From positions 10,951 to 74,950 of the forward strand of contig CAWANI010000015.1 of the NCBI GenBank assembly GCA_963783365.1: 64,000 nucleotides of DNA, in the 5' to 3' direction. The notes beneath the pieces were generated by a model. It saw only the letters and a program-made list of their open reading frames with translations. It searched no databases and had not been told where the DNA came from. The translations under genes and the position numbers were made by a program. The stretch is from an uncultured delta proteobacterium (lineage in GTDB: Bacteria; Desulfobacterota; Desulfuromonadia; Desulfuromonadales; CAWANI01). This document shows, piece by piece, positions 26,715-36,445 of this stretch (the first letter of the stretch is position 1; each line of letters begins with the position of its first letter).

Positions 26715-28538
26715 TTACTCCAGGGACAGCAGATACTCCAGCTCCGCCGGATCTTCGGCCCGCTTGCTGGTGAAGTGAAATTTTTCGAACACCCGGCGCA
26801 TCGAATGGTTGTCGACGCGGACGTTGGCGGTGAGGAATTTCAACTTTCGCTGCCGGGCGATGGCGATCAACCGTTCGAGGAGGATGGTGGAAAATCCCCT
26901 GCCTTGCATGGCTTCATGCACCACGAAAGCCGTTTCCGCCCCCATCCCGTTCTCCAGGACGTAATAACGCCCGACGGCCAGAATCACCTCTCTGGGGCCC
27001 TGGCGCTCCACGATACACAGCGCCATGTCCCTGGCCAGGTCGGTGTTGACCAGGCGATAAGCCCGGGCCGTCCCCATCTTTTTCGGCTCGTTGCGGTACC
27101 TCTGGAAGAGGGTTGCCGTGGTGTGGGAGTAGAAAAAACTCTGCAGCCGTCGCTGGTCGGAGGGATGGAGCGGCCTCAGGAAATAGTCCTCTCCCTTGAT
27201 TCTCAGCTTGACGACCTCGGTGTCGCCGAGTTCCTTGACCGGAACCGGGGTGCTGCGCTGGTAGGCGGGAAGCTTGTAGTCCTTCAGCATGTCTTCACGA
27301 AGTTGATCGCGGAACTTCGGGTGCGCCACCTGGATCAGCTCCATGATGCGTTCGCGGATGCAACGCCCGCGCAGTGTCGCAATGCCGTACTCGGTAACCA
27401 CGTAATGCACGTCCCCACGGGTGGCGCTCACCCCGGCCCCCGGACTGATCACCGAGACAATGCGCGAGATGCTGCCGTTCTCGGCCGTGGAGGGCAGTGC
27501 AATGATCGGCATTCCCCCCTTGCTCATGCCGGAACCGCGGATAAAATCGACCTGGCCGCCGATGCCGCTGTAGAACTTGCCGCCGACCGAATCGGCGACG
27601 ATCTGCCCCGTCAGGTCGACCTGGGTCGCGCTGGTGATGGAACACATCTTGTGGTTTTTGGCGATGTTCGCAGGATTGTTCACGTAGTCGGAGCCGTGGA
27701 ACTCGAAATGGGGGTTGGCGTCGACGTGGTCGTAAAGTTCCTGGCTGCCGAAACAGAATGAGGCAATCGTCTTGCCCTCGTGAATCCCTTTGAAGCGGTT
27801 GGTGATGTTGCCGTTTTTGCTCAGCTGCAACAGGCCGTCGCTGAACATTTCGGTATGGATGCCCAGATCGTTGCGGTCAGTCAGCTGGCGCAGCACCGCG
27901 TCGGGGACCTGGCCGATGCCGATCTGCAGCGTACTGGCGTCCTCGACGAGCAGAGACACGTATTTCCCGATCTGCAGGGTTTCTGCGGTGAGTGTCGTCG
28001 GGCTGACTGTCGGCAGTGGCTTGGAAACCGGCAGGAAGGCGGCGATTTCGTCCCGATGCAGGTAGCACTGGCCGAAGGTGCGCGGCATCCGGTCGTTGAT
28101 CTGGGCCAGGATATATTTTGCCGATCGGGCGGCCGCCAGGACGATGTCGACGGAGACGCCCAGCGAGCAGTATCCCTGGGCGTCGGGCGGAGAGACCTGA
28201 ACGAAGGCGATGTCGACGGGGAGGACGTTTTCAGTCAGCAGCGCGGGGATTTCCGACAGAAAGCAGGGCGTATAGTCGGCCTCTCCGGCCCGCACCGCGG
28301 CCCGGGAGCCCTGGTCCAGGAAAAAGGTATTGACCCGCAGGTTAGGCTCATAAACAGGGTCGGTCCAGGGAGCCTCGCCAAGGGTCAGCAGGTAAATGAA
28401 CTCCAGTTCGTGAAAATGCCTGGCCGATTCCAGGAACAGAGCGATCAGGGTATGGGGGCAGGCGGCTCCGGTGCCGAGGAAAATCCGATAGCCGTTCTTG
28501 ATGAATTTCTTCCACGAATTGCCATCAAGCTGTTCCAT
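26715..28538 (-). CDS. fusion protein: acetyl-CoA hydrolase/transferase family domain plus C-terminal GNAT N-acetyltransferase domain
   Basis: 607 aa. The first ~430 aa resemble 4-hydroxybutyrate/acetyl-CoA transferases (GTGAACPH...GIGQVPDAV...GGQVDF). The last ~150 aa are GNAT-like (VHEAMQGRGFSTILLERLIAIA). Confidence 0.8.
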   Translation of the reverse strand: MEQLDGNSWKKFIKNGYRIFLGTGAACPHTLIALFLESARHFHELEFIYLLTLGEAPWTDPVYEPNLRVNTFFLDQGSRAAVRAGEADYTPCFLSEIPALLTENVLPVDIAFVQVSPPDAQGYCSLGVSVDIVLAAARSAKYILAQINDRMPRTFGQCYLHRDEIAAFLPVSKPLPTVSPTTLTAETLQIGKYVSLLVEDASTLQIGIGQVPDAVLRQLTDRNDLGIHTEMFSDGLLQLSKNGNITNRFKGIHEGKTIASFCFGSQELYDHVDANPHFEFHGSDYVNNPANIAKNHKMCSITSATQVDLTGQIVADSVGGKFYSGIGGQVDFIRGSGMSKGGMPIIALPSTAENGSISRIVSVISPGAGVSATRGDVHYVVTEYGIATLRGRCIRERIMELIQVAHPKFRDQLREDMLKDYKLPAYQRSTPVPVKELGDTEVVKLRIKGEDYFLRPLHPSDQRRLQSFFYSHTTATLFQRYRNEPKKMGTARAYRLVNTDLARDMALCIVERQGPREVILAVGRYYVLENGMGAETAFVVHEAMQGRGFSTILLERLIAIARQRKLKFLTANVRVDNHSMRRVFEKFHFTSKRAEDPAELEYLLSLE

Positions 28539-28746
28539 GGCGCACCTGGCCTTTTGACCGCTCGGGATCCTTGCCCGGCAACCGTTGAGTGACCGGCAAG
28601 AATCGCCTGTTTTTCCCTCGTCAGCGCATGTCTCCGGAGAGCGGGAACATCCGGGAAGGACTTCCTGCCGGAAAGGGACCTGATAAAGCCTGTTTGATCC
28701 AAACTTTTGACTTTGCGATTGCGTTAAAGCCCCTTTGAGGGGCTAG

Positions 28747-28903
28747 TGTCCTGTTTGGTTAGTCCTTTTAGAGAATTCTGAGGTCTTTTGTTCGCTGGCA
28801 AGGCGCGTCGACGCAGGCCTAGCCTGCGCTAAGCCGAGGAGACGGAACGCAGCCAGCGGGCAAAAGGACCAGAATTAATGAATGGAATTAACCAATCGGG
28901 ACA
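28747..28903 (+). mobile_element. MITE-like non-autonomous element, copy B (157 bp)
   Basis: Ends TGTCCTGTTTGGTTA...TAACCAATCGGGACA, flanked on both sides by CTAG (28743-28746 and 28904-28907). It has extended internal self-complementarity and no ORF. Confidence 0.8.
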
Positions 28904-29007
28904 CTAGCAATCGCCTAAAGCCCTCAGTTTGACTGGGGGATACTTACTCCAAAGATACAGCGTTTGAATTGGTTTTTAAAGGAGAAAAGTGAGGGATTTT
29001 TCTGGGC

Positions 29008-30198
29008 TTAGAGGTTCTCGGGCCGGGGTGGGAGGTGCCGGATGAAGAGCAGCCCGAGGGGGAGCAGGACGATGCCGAAGGCCCCGGCCAGGAGCAGGAA
29101 GGTCGCGTGCAGCCCGGCATGGTCGGCCAGGTAGCCGACGAGGGGGCCGGTAGCAACGAAGAGCAGGCGGAAGCAGAGGGACTTGAGGGAGAGGAGGCTC
29201 GCCCGGTTGCCGCGCTTGCCCCCCTGCTGGATGTGGTGGCGCAGCCGCGGCTCCTGGATGCCGCGCATGGCGGTCAGCAGGTAGTAGAAGAGAAAGCCTC
29301 CCACTCCGCCGCACAGGCCCAGGCCGAGGTAGCCGGCGACCACCAGGAGGAAAAAGAGAACGGCCAGACCCCGGTCGCCGAGGCTGAACTGCAGGCGGTG
29401 GCTGATGGTTGAGAAAAGGGCCACGGTCAGGTTGGCGCCGGCCCATACGGGACCGAACCAGGCCAGGGGGACCGAGGCCTGCTGCATGTAGGGCTGGATG
29501 AGCCAGACGGGGAGGTAGGAGGAGAGGCCGAGGAAAATGGAGAAGAGGATGGTGGTGCGCAGCCGCCGATTTTCGACCAGCGCATAGCGGCAGGTTCCCA
29601 GCGCCTCGGCGAGGTGGGAGTGGATCTCTATCGCCGCTTCGGCCGGCGGCTCGGCGAGCGAGAGCGTGACCCCCAGGGCCAGGGCCCAGACGGCGACCTG
29701 GATGAAGAAGGGGAGCAGCGGCGCCTTGGCGTAGAGCAACCCGGCGAAGAGGGCGCCCGCCGCTTCGCCCACCTGGCCGAAGGCGGTCATGCGTCCATCG
29801 AAGCGGGTGTACTCCTCTTCCCGCCCCTGCTGGCGCAGCGTCTCGAAGAGCAGGGCGCTGTCCGAGCCGCTGATGAAGGCCATGGAGATGCCGAGCAGCA
29901 GCTCCGCCGCCATGACGCCGGCAAAGGAGCTGGCCACGGTGTACAGACCCCAGCCGGCGATGCCGAGCACCGAGGCGAGATTGAGAGAGAGGCGGTAGCC
30001 GAGCCGGTCGCTCAGGTACCCCGAGGGGTATTCCATGAGAAGGGTGGCTATGGAGAAGATCGCCTGCAGCAGCAGGATCTGCGTCAGGCTCAGGCCGATG
30101 TGGTCCTTCCAGTACAGGGTGATGATGGCCATAGGGAAAAGGGCCATCTTCAGGAAGGAAAAGGCGCAGAGTTTTCTGAGATTGGCTGCGGTAGACAA
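29008..30198 (-). CDS. MFS transporter
   Basis: 396-aa 12-TM-like ORF with the MFS motif GYLSDRLGYR. Confidence 0.8.
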   Translation of the reverse strand: MSTAANLRKLCAFSFLKMALFPMAIITLYWKDHIGLSLTQILLLQAIFSIATLLMEYPSGYLSDRLGYRLSLNLASVLGIAGWGLYTVASSFAGVMAAELLLGISMAFISGSDSALLFETLRQQGREEEYTRFDGRMTAFGQVGEAAGALFAGLLYAKAPLLPFFIQVAVWALALGVTLSLAEPPAEAAIEIHSHLAEALGTCRYALVENRRLRTTILFSIFLGLSSYLPVWLIQPYMQQASVPLAWFGPVWAGANLTVALFSTISHRLQFSLGDRGLAVLFFLLVVAGYLGLGLCGGVGGFLFYYLLTAMRGIQEPRLRHHIQQGGKRGNRASLLSLKSLCFRLLFVATGPLVGYLADHAGLHATFLLLAGAFGIVLLPLGLLFIRHLPPRPENL

Positions 30199-30384
30199 GG
30201 GTCGGAGAACCGTGCTCGGGGATTAAGATTTCTTTGCTGAGGGCAGACAGGGTCGCCTTTTATACCAACTTTCGACGGGCTTGACCAGAGGTGAAATGGG
30301 CCGGTGGGGGGGATTGTCTTGTTCCTTCTATGATTGCGTAGCTATCCGGTGAGTTTTGGCGAGTGCATCACATCATGAATCCGG

Positions 30385-30413
30385 TTGACAATTTCGGCCT
30401 CATCCCATAAGAT
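30385..30413 (+). promoter_or_regulatory. sigma70-type promoter of the fluoride operon (TTGACA-17 nt-TAAGAT)
   Basis: Read directly. The predicted start is about 30420, just 5' of the riboswitch aptamer. Confidence 0.55.
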
Positions 30414-30424
30414 TTCGGAAAATT

Positions 30425-30476
30425 TTCGGCGATGGAGTTCGCCCTTAAACGCCCCGTGCGGGGCTGATGACTCCTG
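30425..30476 (+). promoter_or_regulatory. fluoride riboswitch (crcB RNA motif), copy 1
   Basis: GGCGATGGAGTTCGCCCTTAAACGCCCCGTGCGGGGCTGATGACTCC matches the conserved crcB-motif architecture (GGCGAUGG.GUUCGCC...AAAC...hairpin...CUGAUGA.UCC). It lies directly upstream of crcB. Confidence 0.9.
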
Positions 30477-30503
30477 CTCGTTTTAGATGGGCAGGAGTTT
30501 TTG
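30469..30503 (+). terminator. riboswitch expression-platform terminator
   Basis: CTCCTGC (30471-30477) pairs with GCAGGAG (30491-30497), followed by TTTTT. The 5' arm overlaps the aptamer 3' end. Confidence 0.8.
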
Positions 30504-30537
30504 CGTTTAGAGAATTTTTGGCGAAAGGAAACGAGGT

Positions 30538-30912
30538 ATGATTAATATTGCAATGATTGCCCTGTGCGGAGGCCTTGGCTGCCTCAGCCGCTATTTTGTC
30601 TCGGGCTGGGTCTACGACTGGCTCGGGAAAAGTTTCCCCTTCGGGACCCTGGCGGTAAATATCCTGGGCGCCCTCATCATCGGTTTTCTCATGGAATTCG
30701 GCCTTCACAGCACCCTGATCCCGACCAGTCTGCGCGTCGGGCTGACCGTCGGCTTTCTCGGCGGCCTGACCACCTTCTCCACCTTCAGCTATGAAACCTT
30801 TCGGCTGCTGGAAGAGGGAGAAATCCTTTTTGCCGGTCTCAACGCTGCAGGCAGCGTCGTTATCTGCGTCATTTTTGCCTGGGTCGGAATTACTCTGGCC
30901 CGGGCCATCTAA
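30538..30912 (+). CDS. crcB: fluoride ion channel CrcB/Fluc
   Basis: 124-aa four-TM protein with GGLGCLSRY and GFLGGLTTFSTF motifs. Confidence 0.9.
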   Translation: MINIAMIALCGGLGCLSRYFVSGWVYDWLGKSFPFGTLAVNILGALIIGFLMEFGLHSTLIPTSLRVGLTVGFLGGLTTFSTFSYETFRLLEEGEILFAGLNAAGSVVICVIFAWVGITLARAI

Positions 30913-30928
30913 GGGAGGAAAAACAGCT

Positions 30929-31276
30929 ATGACCAAATTTACCGGACAGAAAGTATTGATGCGGATTTTCATCGGCGAAGGGGACAAGGACGGCCATCGC
31001 CCTCTCTACGAAACCTTGGTGGAACTTTTCCGGCACGAAGGGTTTGCGGGCGCCACCGTCTTGAAAGGTGCGGCGGGTTTCGGCGCCCACAGCCTCTATC
31101 ACACCGACAAGCTGCTGCGTCTCTCGGCGGATCTGCCGGTGATCATCGAGGTGGTGGAAGATCAGGACAAGATCGATGCGGTCATGCCGAAGATCGACGA
31201 AAAGATGTCCGGCGGCATGATCACCCTGGAGAAGGCCACGGTGATCCGCTATACCCACAAACACGAGGACGAGTGA
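30929..31276 (+). CDS. DUF190 (PII-like) protein commonly linked to crcB
   Basis: Within track ORF 30791..31276: MTKFTGQKVLMRIFIGEGDKDGHRPLYETLVELFRHEGFAGATVLKGAAGFG. ATG 30929 follows GGGAGGA. Confidence 0.8.
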   Translation: MTKFTGQKVLMRIFIGEGDKDGHRPLYETLVELFRHEGFAGATVLKGAAGFGAHSLYHTDKLLRLSADLPVIIEVVEDQDKIDAVMPKIDEKMSGGMITLEKATVIRYTHKHEDE

Positions 31277-32576
<1,300 letters not shown>

Positions 32577-32635
32577 GGGTTCCGGCGGGGTTCTCCGGGA
32601 AACCCTTCATTCTGTGAAGGGCTGGTTAGATAATT

Positions 32636-32690
32636 CCGCGATGGAGTTCGCTGTTGACCGCTTCGCGCTAGAAGCTGATGGCTCCTACCT
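32636..32690 (+). promoter_or_regulatory. fluoride riboswitch (crcB RNA motif), copy 2
   Basis: CCGCGATGGAGTTCGCTGTTGACCGCTTCGCGCTAGAAGCTGATGGCTCC is collinear with copy 1: same GATGGAGTTCGC core, a hairpin GCTTC...GAAGC, and CTGATG.CTCC. Confidence 0.8.
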
Positions 32691-32722
32691 TCGATCGTGA
32701 GGGTAGGAGTTTTTCTGTTTTT
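32682..32722 (+). terminator. expression-platform terminator of riboswitch copy 2
   Basis: CTCCTACC pairs with GGTAGGAG (stem about 32683-32709), followed by TTTTTCTGTTTTT. Confidence 0.75.
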
Positions 32723-32832
32723 CCGAAGGGACGTTGCAATGCGCATCGCTGAGTCTTTCAGCAAGCTGATTTTTCCGCTTGTGTTCGCGTTTTTCGTGGA
32801 TAACTGAAATTTTCAGGAGAATTGGATTTGCA

Positions 32833-34032
32833 ATGATATCTCATCCCAACGGAAATAATCTGTCGTCCCAAGGCGTCGACGTCGGGCGGGCGACGCGCTT
32901 CGTTATCTTCATCGGCATCGTCAGCCTCTTCGCCGACATGACCTACGAGTCGGCCCGCAGCATCAACGGCCCCTTCCTGGCCGTCCTGGGGGCTAGTGCC
33001 ACGGTGGTGGGAATCGTTGCCGGGCTGGGAGAGCTCCTCGGCTATGCTCTGCGCTTCTTCTCCGGGCGCCTCGCCGACCGCACCGGTCGCTACTGGGCGG
33101 TGGTGCTGGCTGGCTACGCGGTCAATCTGCTGGCCGTTCCCGCCCTGGCCCTCGCAGGGAACTGGCCCCTGGCGGCCACCTTGATGTTCATCGAGCGCAG
33201 CGGCAAAGCCTTGCGCACTCCGGCTCGCGACGCCATGCTCTCCTTCGCCGGACGGCGCATGGGACGCGGCTGGGGCTTTGCCCTGCACGAAGCGCTGGAC
33301 CAGACCGGCGCCACCATCGGCCCCCTCATCATCGCCGGGGTGATGTACTGGCGCAGCGATTACCATCTGGCCTTTGCCGTGCTGCTCGTCCCGGCGCTCA
33401 TCGCCCTCGGGGTGCTGCTGGCGGCCAGGGCTGCCTATCCGCGCCCCCGCGAGCTCGAAACCGCCACCCCGCACCTCGGCACGCACGGCTTCGACCGCCC
33501 CTTCTGGCTCTATCTGGTGGGGACGGCGTGCCTCGCCGCCGGCTTCGCCGATTACCCGCTGATCGCCTATCATTTCGAAAAAGCGGCGACGGTGCCGCCG
33601 GACTGGATTCCGATCTTCTACTCCATCGCTATGGGGGTGGATGCCCTGGCGGCGCTCGCCCTGGGCCGTCTCTACGACCGTCGGGGGATGGGCGTTGTGG
33701 CGGGAGCCGCCCTGCTCGCCGTGCCGGTGGCGCCCCTGGTTTTTCTCGGCGGGTTCGGGTCGGCACTGGCCGGAGCGGTGCTGTGGGGAGTCGGCATGGG
33801 CGCCCAGGAATCGGTCATGAAGGCGGCGGTGGCGGGAATGTCCCCGGCGGCCCTGCGCGGAACCGCCTTCGGCGTCTACAACCTGAGTTTCGGCATCTTC
33901 TGGTTTCTCGGCAGCGCCGCCATGGGCGCGCTCTACGACCTTTCCATCCCGACCCTGGTGGCCTTTTCGGTCGCCATGCAATTGCTGTCGGCCCCGCTGA
34001 TTATGGTCGTAGCGCGCCGGCAGGCGGGATAG
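32833..34032 (+). CDS. MFS transporter of unknown substrate, downstream of fluoride riboswitch copy 2
   Basis: Track ORF 32779..34032. ATG 32833 follows AGGAGA. It is multi-TM with the MFS loop motif GRLADRTGRY. Confidence 0.8.
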   Translation: MISHPNGNNLSSQGVDVGRATRFVIFIGIVSLFADMTYESARSINGPFLAVLGASATVVGIVAGLGELLGYALRFFSGRLADRTGRYWAVVLAGYAVNLLAVPALALAGNWPLAATLMFIERSGKALRTPARDAMLSFAGRRMGRGWGFALHEALDQTGATIGPLIIAGVMYWRSDYHLAFAVLLVPALIALGVLLAARAAYPRPRELETATPHLGTHGFDRPFWLYLVGTACLAAGFADYPLIAYHFEKAATVPPDWIPIFYSIAMGVDALAALALGRLYDRRGMGVVAGAALLAVPVAPLVFLGGFGSALAGAVLWGVGMGAQESVMKAAVAGMSPAALRGTAFGVYNLSFGIFWFLGSAAMGALYDLSIPTLVAFSVAMQLLSAPLIMVVARRQAG

Positions 34033-34219
34033 GAACGCGATCTTCGAGGGGATTGTCCACTCCGGATTGGGCAGATCATGAGTCAATGCCCTTCGATGCC
34101 CTTTGGGGCCATTGAACCCAATTTGGTGGTATGTTTCCAAGGTCAGGGAGTTGCTATAGAGAAGGGGAGAGGTTTCGACGTGGCTCTAAAGTAAACCGGA
34201 ACCATTTCAGTTTTCGAAA

Positions 34220-34711
34220 TCATGTCTCTTCCTGCCGGCAACGAGAGCATCGCCCCATAATTTCGACAGTCTGTTGTCGAATGCGAAAGTCCGCCAATTG
34301 CGCGCTGCCTTCAATGGCCGAAGTCACCTTCCGATCGTCCAACTCCACCAGCACATGACAGGAGTCACAAATAAGAAACTGCCCGTCATGGGGTTCCCCC
34401 GGTTGAGAACAGCCAACGAATGCATTCAGCGAGGCGAGTCGGTGAACCAGGCCCTGTTTAAGGAGAAAATCGAGGGATCGGTAGACGGTTGGCGGTGCTA
34501 CGCGCCCATCTTTCTGCAACATTTCCAGGATAGCGTAAGCTCCGATAGGGCTATGTCCGGTCCAAATTAGTTCCAGAACCCGGCGTCGAAGGGGCGTCAA
34601 ACGCTGTCCGCGGTTCTGACAGAGCTTTTCAGCCGCCATTATGGCGTCGGCGATACAATTTTGGTGGGGATGATTCTTCCTGGGGAATATGTCTTTGGCC
34701 GAAGAGGTCAT
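34220..34711 (-). CDS. zur: Fur-family zinc uptake regulator
   Basis: 163 aa with the Fur wHTH (LTPLRRRVLELI...) and two CxxC pairs (CDSC, CSRC). It is the last gene of the znuACB cluster. Confidence 0.8.
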   Translation of the reverse strand: MTSSAKDIFPRKNHPHQNCIADAIMAAEKLCQNRGQRLTPLRRRVLELIWTGHSPIGAYAILEMLQKDGRVAPPTVYRSLDFLLKQGLVHRLASLNAFVGCSQPGEPHDGQFLICDSCHVLVELDDRKVTSAIEGSAQLADFRIRQQTVEIMGRCSRCRQEET

Positions 34712-34794
34712 AGTCGGATTTTTTCGTAACTTTCGTTCTGGTTACCCAAGCTTTTCCAGTGGGGGTAATAGATGGTCCACCGTTCCGACGAGCC

Positions 34795-35631
34795 TCATGC
34801 AGGCCTGTCTTCAGTCAGAGGCGGCTGTCGGAAACCCCTTATCCGGGGCAGGGAAATCGAAAGTAGATAGATGCCCGCGCTCAGAGCCGTGATCCAGAAA
34901 CTGCTGGGCCAGTCGGTGTAGAACGCCAGAGTGATCCCGGCCCAGGCTTCCGCCAACGCGAGGGCGGCAGAGAGCAGGAGTCCCCGTCCGATTTCGGTCG
35001 TCAGGCGCTGCGCGGCCGCCGCCGGACCGACCATCAGGGCGAAGACTAATAACACGCCGACAATCTGGGCACACTCGGCGACCGCCAACCCCACAATGGC
35101 GAGGAATAAAACCGAATAGAGACGAAGGGAAACGCCCTTCGCTTCGGCCAATTCCGGCTGCAGACTCGCAAATAACAGTGGCCGGGAAATAACCGCGAGA
35201 GCCGCCACGCTGAGGATGCCAAGCGTCAGGAGTCTCCACACGGTCGTGAGATCGACGGCGAGGACGTTCCCGAAGAGCAGTGCCGTTGCTTGTGCTGCGA
35301 AAGCCGTATAGAAGTGCAGGAATAATAAACCAAGGCCAAGCGATAAAGCGAGAACGATGCCGATCGCCACGTCGCGCTGGGCGAGGCGCTCCCCCAGGAG
35401 GCCCATGCCGACTCCGGCCGTTATGGTCATCGCGACCATGCCCCAGAGAGGGGCGACGCCGATGAGGACCGAACCCGTGGCGCCGGTAAAGCCGACATGG
35501 GCAAGAGCATGGCCCGCGAAGGTTTCTCCGCGCAGCACAAGAAAATAGCCGACCAGCCCCGCCACGATCGAGACGATGGTCGCCGCGGCGAAGGCGTTTT
35601 GCATGAATTCGTATTCAAGCATCGTTGCCAT
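34795..35631 (-). CDS. znuB: zinc/manganese ABC transporter permease
   Basis: 278-aa ABC-3 family permease pattern (MLEYEFMQNAF...), adjacent to znuC and znuA. Confidence 0.85.
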   Translation of the reverse strand: MATMLEYEFMQNAFAAATIVSIVAGLVGYFLVLRGETFAGHALAHVGFTGATGSVLIGVAPLWGMVAMTITAGVGMGLLGERLAQRDVAIGIVLALSLGLGLLFLHFYTAFAAQATALLFGNVLAVDLTTVWRLLTLGILSVAALAVISRPLLFASLQPELAEAKGVSLRLYSVLFLAIVGLAVAECAQIVGVLLVFALMVGPAAAAQRLTTEIGRGLLLSAALALAEAWAGITLAFYTDWPSSFWITALSAGIYLLSISLPRIRGFRQPPLTEDRPA

Positions 35632-36445
35632 GTGCTCCCTGGAACGCGCGCGTGTGCGTAGAGCGGTGCTCGTCGCGTTCCACGTCGTGGCCGCCCGACA
35701 TCACGAAGATTCGGTCTTTCAAGCGGACGACCTCGATCTCGGAGCCGTAGAGGCGTGACAAGATCGGCCCCGTAATGACCTCATTTACGGTGCCGAGCGC
35801 CGCCTGCCCCCTGCCGAGATAAAGGACGCGGTCGAGCGTTCCGAGCAGCGGGTTCAGTTCGTGGGCGCTGAACAGGACGGTGATCCCGAGTTCCACCTGG
35901 AGTGATTTCACCAGGGTTACCACCGCTTGCTGATGATGGGGATCGAGATTGCTCAATGGCTCATCCAGCAGCAGCAGCCGCGGCCGGCCGATCAGCGCCT
36001 GGGCCAACAAGAGGCGCTGTCGCTCTCCGCCAGAGGTTTCGGCCAAGGGGCGCCGCGCCAGTTCGCTGGCGCCAACGAGGGAGAGCGCGCGGTCGACCTC
36101 GGCGCGGGCGGCCCGGCCGAGGATCGGCATGCCCAGCCGATGGCCATTGACCACCCCGGCAACGAAATCCCACCCGCTCAGCCGCATGGTGCCGAGGGCG
36201 CTGCGAACCTGGGGCATATAGCCGATGTCGGGATTGCCCCGGGCCGCTGGTCGGCCAAGCACACGGATGTTGCCGCTGGCGACCGGTACCAGGCCGAGGA
36301 CGGCACGCATCCAGGTGGTTTTGCCGGCTCCGTTCGGCCCGAGAACTCCCACGAACTCGCGTGGCGCGATCTCCAGGCTGATATTGCCCAGCACCACATG
36401 ATTGCCCAGCCTTAACGTGACATCGCGGAAGGAGACAGCGTTCAC
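35615..36445 (-). CDS. znuC: zinc ABC transporter ATP-binding protein
   Basis: Walker A GPNGAGKTT and signature SGGERQR. GTG 36445 overlaps the znuA stop (GTGA). The track ORF extends to 36499. Confidence 0.85.
   Translation of the reverse strand: MNAVSFRDVTLRLGNHVVLGNISLEIAPREFVGVLGPNGAGKTTWMRAVLGLVPVASGNIRVLGRPAARGNPDIGYMPQVRSALGTMRLSGWDFVAGVVNGHRLGMPILGRAARAEVDRALSLVGASELARRPLAETSGGERQRLLLAQALIGRPRLLLLDEPLSNLDPHHQQAVVTLVKSLQVELGITVLFSAHELNPLLGTLDRVLYLGRGQAALGTVNEVITGPILSRLYGSEIEVVRLKDRIFVMSGGHDVERDEHRSTHTRAFQGAHGNDA

Noticed and set aside
13386-28903. Reading the MITE-bounded 15.2 kb block as a composite transposon or genomic island.
   Set aside because: The block has no transposase, integrase or tRNA, and no obvious compositional break. 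Its genes are ordinary chromosomal housekeeping and stress genes. The flanking repeats are non-autonomous 157-bp elements, so only inversion or recombination potential is claimed.
32606-32634. Independent sigma70 promoter (TTCATT-17-GATAAT) for the second fluoride riboswitch.
   Set aside because: The predicted start (about 32640) would fall inside the aptamer P1 strand. Read-through from the upstream operon is at least as likely.
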